DNA of 63,902 bases, the filler included, from Octopus bimaculoides (lineage: Eukaryota): the NCBI RefSeq assembly GCF_001194135.2. It is 6 parts of 5 records of this genome, joined end to end, with 100 filler letters (N's around TTAATTAATTAA, not from the genome) between each part and the next. Parts side by side here need not be neighbours in the genome. Positions count along the whole stretch, not along the records: positions 1 to 28,721 come from NC_068982.1; 5 more parts are not named here. One strand, written 5' to 3'. Position numbers and translations under genes: made by a program. Shown piece after piece: positions 1 through 9,982 of the stretch. How positions within the stretch are numbered: the first letter of the stretch is position 1; the number at the start of each line of letters is the position of its first letter. The notes under the pieces are model-generated. The model was given only the letters and a program-made list of their open reading frames with translations. It did not search any database and was not told the DNA's origin.

Positions 1-232
1 TGTTTCAGTTAGTGGAATAGTTTCATTTTTAAAGTGAAAGTATTTGACATGAGTGTTTTTGTTTCACTTTTGACACGTAATACTTAAATAGTGGAGGAGA
101 TATTATGTTGCCGTGGGCTCGAACTCTGCAAGAAGTTAAAATTTTTTTTTTGACTAAAACACAACCGGAACCCTAAGTAAGACATGTGTAAAATTTGAAT
201 GAAATTGGTTGTGTAGTTCTCGAGTTTTAGGG

Positions 233-266
<34 letters not shown>

Positions 267-715
267 TCTCATTTTTATATATATAGATAATGATTATCTG
301 ACCTCCTCTCATTGACTTTTGTATCAAATAAAGCAAAAACCTTCCACTTATGATTTTTAACACAAGTTGTGGCGCTCAAGTGTATTGAACTAAAACGAGA
401 GGTCACGTTCAGCAGTAAAAAAAAACATGACAAACTTTATAAATGCATGGAAATACCAGGTGTTTGAGGGATCCTGACATGATATGTAACTGCTGGATTT
501 TAATTAAAACTATATGAGAAGAAAGTTCACATCCAGAACTTTCATATGATATAAAATTTTCCTTGAATAATATTTATTTTAACATGAAAATGATGAACCA
601 GAAAACGTGATATTGTGTATTGAAACTGTGCCTGTCTCCATTGAATGGTATTCTATAGTAATACCTACTTGAATATAACATACCAGAAAAGTCACATTTC
701 AAATGCCAACTGAAC

Positions 716-820
716 TATTTGTCAGCAATGAAAAGCTGACAAATAGAAATTATTTGTCAGCAATGAAAAGCTGACAAATAGAAATTATTTGTTAGCAATG
801 AAAAGCTGCCAAATAGAAAT
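716..820. repeat. Three tandem 35-bp units, each an 11-bp-stem hairpin
   Basis: Unit TATTTGTCAGCAATGAAAAGCTGACAAATAGAAAT at 716, 751 and 786; the third copy has 2 substitutions. TATTTGTCAGC and GCTGACAAATA are reverse complements. Confidence 0.95.
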
Positions 821-844
821 GGTAAAAGAAAAACATGGAGTATA

Positions 845-1010
845 GCAGGCATGGCTGTGTGATAAGAAGTTTGCTTTCCAAACACATTGTTCTAGGTTTA
901 GTTCCACTGTGTAGCACTTAGGTAAGTGTCTTCTATTATAACTACAGACCTCCCAAAATCTTGTCAGTGGATTTGGTAGATGCAAATTGAAAGAAACCTG
1001 TTGTGTATAT
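845..1010 (+). mobile_element. Decayed tRNA-derived CORE-type SINE (octopus OR2-like)
   Basis: Head GCAGGCATGGCTGTGTGATAAGAAGTTTGC, CORE-like CACTTAGGTAAGTGTCTTCT and tail GGATTTGGTAGATGCAAATTGAAAGAAACC; homologous to the copy at 3550. Confidence 0.75.
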
Positions 1011-1132
1011 AAATATGTATCTGTGTATACATATCTGCATTTGAACTAAATTTGATGAAAGGGTGTGTGATGTGTTTGCCTTCCTATTTACTAGAGCTTT
1101 AGTTAATACAGTTAATATTTAAGAGATGAGGA

Positions 1133-1416
1133 ATTATGTACATTATTTACATTTGACGGATATTTGTCCTCATCTTGTTTGTTGTTAACACGTTTCGGCT
1201 GTGACCTGAATAATAATAATAATAATAACAATAATGATAATAATAATAATAACAATAACAACAACAACATTGAAAAATACCTTAGGAATGAGAACCCAGG
1301 TTCAAAATTTCCCCAAGACACCTGATGAAGGCTGGAGGGTCTATCAGCCAAAACGTTGTGTTAACAACAAACAAGATGAGGACAAATATCCGTTAAATGT
1401 AAATAATGTAAATAAT
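1133..1416. mobile_element. Penelope-like terminal-repeat fragment in inverted arrangement
   Basis: 1133-1200 is the reverse complement of 1346-1416 (3-nt indel, about 3 substitutions). The right part carries the CTGATGA...AAAC motif typical of PLE pseudo-LTRs. Confidence 0.7.
1317..1362 (+). ncRNA. Minimal type I hammerhead ribozyme fold, probably inactivated
   Basis: Stem I GACAC/GTGTT, core CTGATGA (1322-1328), stem II GGCTG/CAGCC, palindromic stem III AACGTT and a GUU cleavage triplet. The conserved G of GAAA is A at 1350, while the inverted copy at 1191-1200 retains GAAAC. Confidence 0.6.
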
Positions 1417-1418
1417 AG

Positions 1419-3540
1419 AACTTTAGTTTTTGCAACATTGACTCTAAGGCCCTTTGACTCTAAACCTAGCTTCCACACCTGGAATTTCTTCTCTAGTTCT
1501 GGTAGTGATTCTGCTATGAGGACCAGGTCATCAGCATAGAGGAGCTCCCAGGGGCAACTTGTTTTGAATTCCTCTGTTATTGCCTGGAGGACTATGATGA
1601 ATAAGAGGGGGCTGAGGGCTGATCCTTGATGGACCCCTACTTCAACCTGGAATTCTTCAGTATACTCATTGCCAACCCTAACCTTACTAATGGCATCTGT
1701 GTATAGGGCCTGTACAACCCTTATTAAACATTTGTCAATCTCCAGCTTCTGCATCACCCACCAGATAAGGAATCAAAGGCTTTCTCCAAGTCCACAAAAG
1801 CCAAGTATAGGGGTTTATTTTTGGCTAGGTATTTCTCCTGCAGTTGCTGTACCAGGAATATAGCATCAGTGGTGCTTCTACCTGGCAAAGAAACGAACTG
1901 CATCTCATCTAAGCAGACTCTCTCCTCAAATAGTTGGGCTATGACCCTCTCTGTGACCTTCATCATCTGATCCAGCAGTTTGATACCCATGTAATTATTT
2001 CTATCTAAAGCATCACCTTTACCTTTGTAGCAGTTGATTATGGTGCTGCCACACAAGTCATTCGGTACGACTCCTTCATGAACTACCTGATTTATGATAC
2101 GGGTGACTAGACTATAACCCACACCGCCAGATATCTCAGGGGTGATTCCTGATGGGCTGGGGGCTTTCCCTGTCTTCATATCCTTAATTGCTTTATCTAC
2201 CAGGGTACAGTCAATTCAAGTAGCTGGTTCCCCAATTGGGTCAACCTTTGGCAGACTCTCCTCCTCCCATTCATTCTTCACATGCAACAGTCTTGCGTAA
2301 TGGCATCGCCAAGCCTCTTTCTTTGCAGAATCATTAAAAGCAAGTGCACCATCATCCATATGGACACATTTTTCTCCAATGACAACACAATTTTCTCTCA
2401 CACACTGTCTTGCAATCCAAAATACTTCACTTCTTTGGTCTTCACACCGCTCAACATTGACAAACTTCTTTTCTACTTCTCCCTTGGTTATATAGACCTG
2501 TCTCCTAGCTTCCCTTCTGGTTATCTGATACCATTCCCTGCTACCCTCACTCTTCCAGGCCTGTTTCTTTGCTCTAATGGCCCTGTCTCTAGTATTGTTC
2601 CACCACCATGTTACCCTAGGAAGGGACTCTGGACCAGCCACAGATTTGGTCTGTGGTGCTCAGCAAGCTGTGTCGCAAGAATTCTCAGTTGCCTTCTATG
2701 TCACAAGTCTGTAGCTCCTCCTCACTCTCATCAAATTTCTCAGTGAAGATATCCTTAAATCTCTGACCATGTGAAGGGTTCTTAAGCTTCCATATCCTTC
2801 TTTTCCAGATTGGTCTTCTTCTTGGTATCCTTCTGGCCTCGAGTCTAAAGTCACTAACAGCTAGTCTATGTTGGGGGGTACATTCTTCACCAGGGAGGGT
2901 CTTTGTATTTAAGAGCAACAATGCACCCTGCTGTCTTGTGAGAATGAAATCAATCTGGCTAGTAGAGTCACCTGATGGATAGGTTATCAGGTGGCTGCTA
3001 GCTTCCAGAAGTTGATGTTGCAGATCAATAGGTTATTTGTATCACAGAACTCCAGGAGACTAGCTCCCTCTTTGTTTTGAGAATCAATTCCATGGCTTTC
3101 ATGGAAGATACCAGGTCGCCATCCAATATGCCAATTAAAATCTCCAGCCACAAAGATGAGATCATTGTCACTCATCTTTGAGGTAACCTGCTGAAGAATA
3201 TCATAAAAGTGATCCTTCTCTTTATTTGGTAAGCCTGCGTGTGGAGCGTAGGCAGAAATAATTGTAGCTATACTATTCTGCAAGACTAGCCAGAGTTTAA
3301 GCCCTCTATCACACACCCTGACTACCTCTATGACTTTATCTACTTATTTCTCTGCACAAAGTATGCTCACACCCTCTACTCTGTCACTGTTACCGGAAGA
3401 GTTTATACCTATGTGCCTTGCCTGTGACGACCCTGGCTGAAACTCCTCTCCACATTATCCTTTGTATGCAGCATACATCAACATGCCTCCGTTCAAGCAT
3501 CTCTACAATCTCACTTGACCTACATTTCAATGTGCCTACA
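1419..3540 (-). mobile_element. Decayed RTE-clade LINE (APE endonuclease + RT), 3' truncated
   Basis: ORF fragments IISAYAPHAG...IFVAGDFN (APE), LAFVDLEKAFD, GVHQGSALSPLLF, LLYADDLVL and RVNVAKTKV (RT); many stops and frameshifts. Confidence 0.95.
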
Positions 3541-3549
3541 TTTACAAGC

Positions 3550-3910
3550 ACAGGAGTGGCTATGTGGTAAGAAGCTTGCTTCCCAACCGCATAGTTCCGG
3601 GTTCAGTCCCACAGCATGGCACCTTGGGCAAGTTTCTTCTACTACTGCCTAAGGCCAACCAAAGTCTTTGTAAGTGGATTTGTAGACGGAAACTGAAAGA
3701 AGCTTGTCTTGTGTGTGTGTGTATTTGTATGTCTGTTTGACCCCCACCCACCATCACTTGACAACCAATGTTGGTGTGTTTAGCAGTTCAGCAAAAGAGA
3801 CTGATAGAATAGGTACTAGGCTTACAAAGAATGAGACTTGGGGTCGATTTGTTCAACTAAAGGCGGTGCTCCAGCATGCCTGCAGTCAAATGACTGAAAC
3901 AAGTAAAAGA
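3550..3910 (+). mobile_element. Full-length CORE-type SINE with (GT)n spacer and tail
   Basis: tRNA-like head with GGTTCAGTCCC B-box, CORE motif GGCACCTTGGGCAAGT and tail ending GGTGCTCCAGCATGCCTGCAGTCAAATGACTGAAACAAGTAAAAGA. Confidence 0.85.
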
Positions 3911-3949
3911 ATATATATGTATATAAATATATATATATATATATATATA

Positions 3950-4327
3950 CAATTGCAGTGTGGTAGGTGTTTATAAGCCATTTAAAATAACACACAAAAA
4001 CCGTTAGATTCACTTCAACATTTAAATTTAATTTGTCAAAATATTTTCGTTGTATGCATGTATATCTGTTTGTGCGTGTACACATGCATACGCGCACACA
4101 TGTACACGCACATACAAACATACATACATACACACATACATACGTACATATATATCATGAACTAACTGTTACTTTCTCAGATGCAGCACAGAATTTTGTC
4201 AGTGAACCGCTAGCGGTCTCAAAGCGACGAAAATATTTTGACAAATTAAATTTAAATGTTGAAGTGAATCTAACGGTTTTTGTGTGTTATTTTAAATGGC
4301 TTATAAACACCTTCCACGCTGCAATTG
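3950..4327. repeat. 101-bp inverted repeat (2 mismatches) around a 176-bp spacer
   Basis: 3950-4050 is the reverse complement of 4227-4327. The right arm is flanked by extra sequence lacking on the left arm. Confidence 0.95.
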
Positions 4328-4514
4328 TTTTCGTTCCAGCACATGATCTCAGATCAGGTCACTTGCTATGCAAGTACATCTCCGCAATATATATATATAT
4401 ATATAGACAGAGAATGATAAATGTGGGTGTATATGTATGTATATATGTGTGTGTTTGTATGTATGCATGTATATACACACACACACACACACTTATTTCT
4501 GTTAATGTTCTGTA

Positions 4515-6485
4515 ACATGAGGACCAGAGACTTGAAGTGTTTTGAATTACAAGACAGTGTGTGAAAGAAAAATCATGATGTCATAGGAGAGAAATATGTC
4601 TGCATGGATGATAGTTCATTTCCATTTGAGGATTCTGCAAAGAAAGAGGTTTGGAAATGCCATTATGAAAGACTGCTAAATGTGGAGAATGCAAGGGAGA
4701 GTCTGCCAAATGTAGGCCCAACTGAGGGACCAGCTATCCAAGTTGACAGTAGCTTGGTAAATAAAGCAATTAAGGATATGAAGACACTGAACCTCCCCCC
4801 CTCCTTCATCAGGAATCATTACTGAGATGCTTAAAATTTTTGACAACCTGTATAGTTAATCAAGTTGGCCACAGGGGGAGTCATATCCAACAATTGATGT
4901 AGCAGCATTATAATCAACTGCTACAAAGAAAAAAGTGATGCCCTAGATATAAATAATTACAGAGGTATCAAATTGCTAGACAAGAAAGGGTTGTAATTAG
5001 GAAGAGAGTTAGTGTAGATGGGATGCAGTTCAGGTAGGAGCACAGCTGATGGTATATTCTTGGTTAGGCAACTGCAGGAGAAGTATTTAGCCAAAAATAA
5101 ACCTCTGTACCTGGCTTTTGTCGACATGGAGAAAGCTTTTGACAGGATTCCCCACTCCCTTATCTGGTGGTCAATGTGGAAGCTAGGGATAGATGAGTGG
5201 TTAGTCAGAGTGATACAAGCTATGTACAAGGATGCTGCCAGTAAGGTGAAGGTTGGTAATGAATTGTACAGGTGGAAGTTCACCAAGGTTCAGTTCTCAG
5301 CCCTCTCTTGTTTATCTTAGTCCTCCAGGCCTTAACAGAGGAATTCAAGACCAGTTGTCCCTGGGATCTTGCTCTTATAGCTGAATCACTACCTGACTGA
5401 GAGAAGAAATTTTAGATGTGGAAACAAGACCTGAAATCTAAGGACCTTAGAGCTAATAAACAAAAATCTAAGTCCTAGTAAGTAGAAAAACAAACTACAA
5501 CTCCCTTCTGGAAGATAGCCTTGTTTGATATGTAAGAAGGGTGTTGGTAGAAACTCTATACATTGTACTCAGTGAAAACTTTCGACACATAAGAAGTGTA
5601 GCAGTATCGCAAAGAAAATAATGAAGAAAATAGTCTTTATGTGTAGCAAATGTGCAGGAACAATAAGCACTAAAAATGTGCAAACAATAGACTCCCTCAA
5701 ATGCGTGGAGGGCTCAGAAGTAGGAGATAGCTTCTGTTACAGAGGAGATCAAGTTAGCAGTGGTGGAGGAAGTTCTGAAAGTGTAGTTGCTAGAATAAGA
5801 ATGGGCTGAGCAAAGTTCAGAGAGCGTCTGCCTTTGTTGGTAATTAAGGGCCGCTCCCTCAGCGTGAAAAGCGGATTGTATGATGCCTGTGTACGTACAG
5901 CTATGTTACTTGGCAGTGAAACATGGGCTTTGACTATGTAGGACTTGTGAAGGCTTGAAAGAAATGAAGTTAGCATGCTCCACTGGATGGGTAATGTCAG
6001 TGTGTATGCACGACCGTGTAAATGATTTAAGAAGAAAACTGAGGCATCAGAGAAAACTGCGCTGATTTGGTCATGTGACACGTATGGATGAGGACAGCTG
6101 TGTAAAGAAGTGCCAAGCTCTATTGTGGAGGGTACCTGTAGAAGGGATAAACTGAGGAAATGACAAGGGACCGGGAGATGTGGCAATTTGTTGTACTTGA
6201 CAATACGCGTCAAGCTAAGTAAAATCGCTGTCTTCAACACGTACAGGTTTGTCCCGTCAGGTGCCGGTGCCACATAAAAAGCACCCGTGCCGGTGCTGCA
6301 TAAGCGCACCTATGCTGGTGGCACATTAAAAGCACCCAACACACTCTGTAAAGTGGTTGGCGTTATGAAGGGCATCCAGCCGTAGAAACCATGCCACAAT
6401 AGACACTTGGAGTCTGGACAACTCCATGTCAAACAGTTCAACCCATGCCAGCATTGAAAGCGAACGTTAAACGATCATGATGATA
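4515..6485 (+). mobile_element. Decayed RTE-clade LINE, 5' truncated, with 3' UTR tail
   Basis: LAFVDMEKAFDRIP, C-terminal Cys-rich region, AMLLGSETW and tail CAACCCATGCCAGCATTGAAAGCGAACGTTAAACGATCATGATG. Confidence 0.93.
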
Positions 6486-6913
6486 TATATGTATGTATGT
6501 GAGAGTGCACATATTTATATATTCACCTATGCATGTGCATATATATACACAAGTGTGTGTGAGAGTGTGAATGCGTGTGCTTACGCGCATGTTTGTTTAC
6601 ATTTCTTAGATCGATAAGATCTGTAAATTATGTCATTTTTTACTTGTAAAAGAAAGACAAAAGAGTCTAATATCTAATTTCATATACATATCTATGTGTG
6701 TGTATGAAACTGATAAACTAAATACAATTTATAAAAATTTGCTGTTTTATTTTGATTAAAATACCAGTGACTTCAGAGCAAAACCTTTTTACTAGAGTTC
6801 GCCAGCATAAATGCGTCTCTGTCACTCACTCCTACTACATTTGTTATTTTAGTCTCTCTCTCTCAAACACACACATATACTATTTAATAAACACAGTATA
6901 TATTTGTATGATC

Positions 6914-6949
<36 letters not shown>

Positions 6950-6951
<2 letters not shown>

Positions 6952-8460
6952 CGAATGAAGCATTTTTATATATACAAGCATGGGTGCATATTATAAACGA
7001 TTTTCGTGTTTCCGAAGACAATACTAGTATTATTTTATGTTTTCAGTATGACAGTTTCGTGTATAGATGTTTAAATAAAAATATTCCCTAAAAACTAATT
7101 AGAGAGAGAAAGACATACTTTGAAATGTTACGTTGAACAAAAATCAATAAATCTGAATATAGCATACAAGTATTTATAGGTTATCGTTTGTAAATATATA
7201 AATATAACTGCTAAACATCTCTATACACACAGCCTGAGCTCAGAAACTGGTTACTACTGACATAGCATTATAGCATGGATTTATGGTAAGCATTGATCCA
7301 TTAACCGTTGATAGAAAACTTATAGGTGTAGGCGACTCCTTTCTAACATAACATGGTTCTATTTGTTGCAATAACATCAAAACAAAGCTTAGTCAAATCA
7401 TCCAACATAACTACAACGTTCAGTAGAGTCATAGGTTCTATTATAACCCATGGAACGTATGTTAAATTTACATGTGTAACATATTCGAAACAAATGTAAA
7501 TATTTTATCACTCTTGATGAGAAGACGACATAAAAAGACGACATTAACACAAACAAGTGTAACTAAGCTAGACGAGTAAAAAAAAAAGATGTTGATTTGC
7601 TTTCCTCACGCCCCCTGTTACTAAAAATAGAACAAAATATAGAGAAAATGTTCTAATGTAATACAAAATATTATTTGGACTTAAATGTCAATCACACTTC
7701 AGAGACGAATGAATAGAAGAAAGAGGTGGACAAAAATGGCGTCCGGGTATCGTTTCAAAAGTGATTAAGTAAAATGTCCAGGAGACTTGCGGACCTCACT
7801 TTTAAAATACCAGAACATGATGATATTTTGGCTTTTGTCCAAAGCAGAGGTAGAAAGTGGGACGGTGAGAGGGAGCGGCAAAGATAGAAATAACACTTTT
7901 AACAGCTGGTTATATAAAATCAAAAAGGTAAATAATAAACTTTAAAAAGAAAAAAAAGGTCCATATTTAAAAACAAGATTGAGAAAATTTTTAAAATTAT
8001 TTTCTGCATACAATAGGAAAATTTAAAGCTAACAAGAAAGTAAAATGTTTGCAAATATTACCTGAGATATTGCAGACATGACTAGATCATTAGAAGTAAG
8101 GCTTTCTCGAAGAGTCGTAAATGATGGGCGGAAAACACTTTGATACGAAGAATCCCTCAGTGGTAAATTCCAAATAACTGGAGTGTATCAAAGTTTGCAG
8201 TAACGATCGCAAATAGCCCAGTAGTTAAAAAAAAAAGGACATTGAAAAGAAAAGGTATATTGCCCTCACGAGATAATGAAGTGGAGCTTATAAAAGACAG
8301 TTAAATGGTGTAAGAGGTGGGTTGAGGTATCGAGAAAATGGTCAACTGAAGAATCTTTAAATTACATCCTGAGTGTTTTACTAAACTTATAGAAAAGGAG
8401 GTCATATCACAAGTTCTGCTTATCAAATGAAAACTTTTCGGCATTACTGAAACCGCATGA
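6950..8460. promoter_or_regulatory. CpG-retaining island inside CpG-depleted intron (candidate internal promoter)
   Basis: About 33 CpG in 1.5 kb by hand count versus about 2 in 12550-14050. Sequence is non-repetitive, with a YY1-like AAAATGGCG at 7733-7741. Confidence 0.4.
8062..8177 (-). other. Candidate exon (possible alternative first exon ending MSAISQ)
   Basis: Donor CAG|GTAATA at 8062/8061, acceptor-like CTCCAG ending at 8178 and one open frame IWNLPLRDSSYQSVFRPSFTTLRESLTSNDLVMSAISQ. No homology recognised. Confidence 0.3.
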
Positions 8461-8635
8461 GACACAATTATTATTATAACAGTATCACCATAGCTTTTCA
8501 ACACCTTTAAAAAGAAAAAAAAAAAAAACTGATACNNNNNNNNNNNNNNNNNNNNNNNNNNNNNNNNNNNNNNNNNNNNNNNNNNNNNNNNNNNNNNNNN
8601 NNNNNNNNNNNNNNNNNNNNNNNNNNNNNNNNNNN

Positions 8636-9982
8636 CCCAGGCTATTCTTATTCTAGCAGCTACACTCGCAGAGCATCCACTCCTGCTACTGACTTGGTCA
8701 CCTAGGTAACAAAAGCTATCAACTGCTTATAGTTTATCCCCCTGGAATGTGATGGAAGATGTTTTCTGCACCTTTTTCNNNNNNNNNNCAGGTCTTCCTG
8801 GGTCTACCTCTTCCACAGGTTCCCTCAACTGCTGGGGTTTGACACTTTTTCACACAGCTGTCCTCATCCATTCACAATACATGACTGTACCAGCGCAGTT
8901 GTCTCCCTTGCACTCCACACCTGATGCTTCTTATGTTCAGCTTTTCTCTCAAGATACTTACACTCTGTTGTGTATGCACACTGACATTACACATCCATCG
9001 TAGGATACTGGCTTCATTCCTTGCAAGCTCACACATATTCTCAGCAATTACAGCCCATGTTTCAGTGCCATGTAGCATGGCTGTTTGCACACATGCGTCA
9101 TACAGTCTACCTTTTACTCTGAGCAAGAGGCCTTTTGTCACCAGCAGAGGTAGGAGCTCTCTGATCTTTGCCCAGGCTATTCTTATTCTAGCAGCTACAC
9201 TCGCAGAGCATCCACTCCTGCTACTGACTTGGTCACCTAGGTAACAAAAGCTATCAACTGCTTATAGTTTATCCCCCTGGAATGTGATGGAAGATGTTTT
9301 CTGCACCTTTTTCAGTGTTTATTGGCCCTGATCATTTGCCACACATAAAAACTATCTTCCCAGTTAGCCTTCCTTTGACATTGCTGCACCTCTTATAAGT
9401 CCATAGCTTACACTGTGTACATCTTATGGAGTTTCTACCTACGCCTTTTCTACTGACTGAGCAGGGCCATCTACCTGAAGGGATTTGTGGTTTGTCAGCC
9501 TTACTACCTATTAAGACTTTGGTTTTTGCTAGATTGACTCTAAGGCCCTTCGATTCTAGTTCTTGCTTCCAAATCTAAAACTTCTCCTCTAGGTCTGATA
9601 GTGACTTAACTATTAGAGCAACGTCATCAGCATAGAGGAGCTCCCAGGGGCAGCCTGACTTGAATTCCTTTGTTATTGCCTGGAGGACTATGATGAATAA
9701 GATGGGGCTGAGGACTGATTCTTGTTGGCCCCCTACCTCTACCCAGAATTCTTCACTGTACTCACTGCCAACCTTTACCTTACTGACAACATCCCAGTAC
9801 ATGCCTTGTACAGCTCACACTAACCATTCATCTATACATAGTTTCCTCATTGACCACAAGATAAGGGATTGGGGGACCCTGTCAAAGCCTTTCTCCATGT
9901 CAAGGAAAGCTATGTACAGAGGTTTATCTTTGGCTAGGTATTTCTCCTGCAGATGTCTTACCAGAAATATAGCATTAGCGGT
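8636..9982 (-). mobile_element. Decayed RTE-clade LINE RT/C-terminal fragment (gapped)
   Basis: AIFLVRHLQEKYLAKDKPLYIAFLDMEKGFDRVP, LLYADDVAL and AMLHGTETW; interrupted by N gaps. Confidence 0.92.

Noticed and set aside
716-820. CRISPR-like palindromic repeats
   Set aside because: The units are directly adjacent with no unique spacers.
4180-4245. Hammerhead ribozyme in the 3950-4327 hairpin element
   Set aside because: GAAA is present but there is no CUGANGA core.
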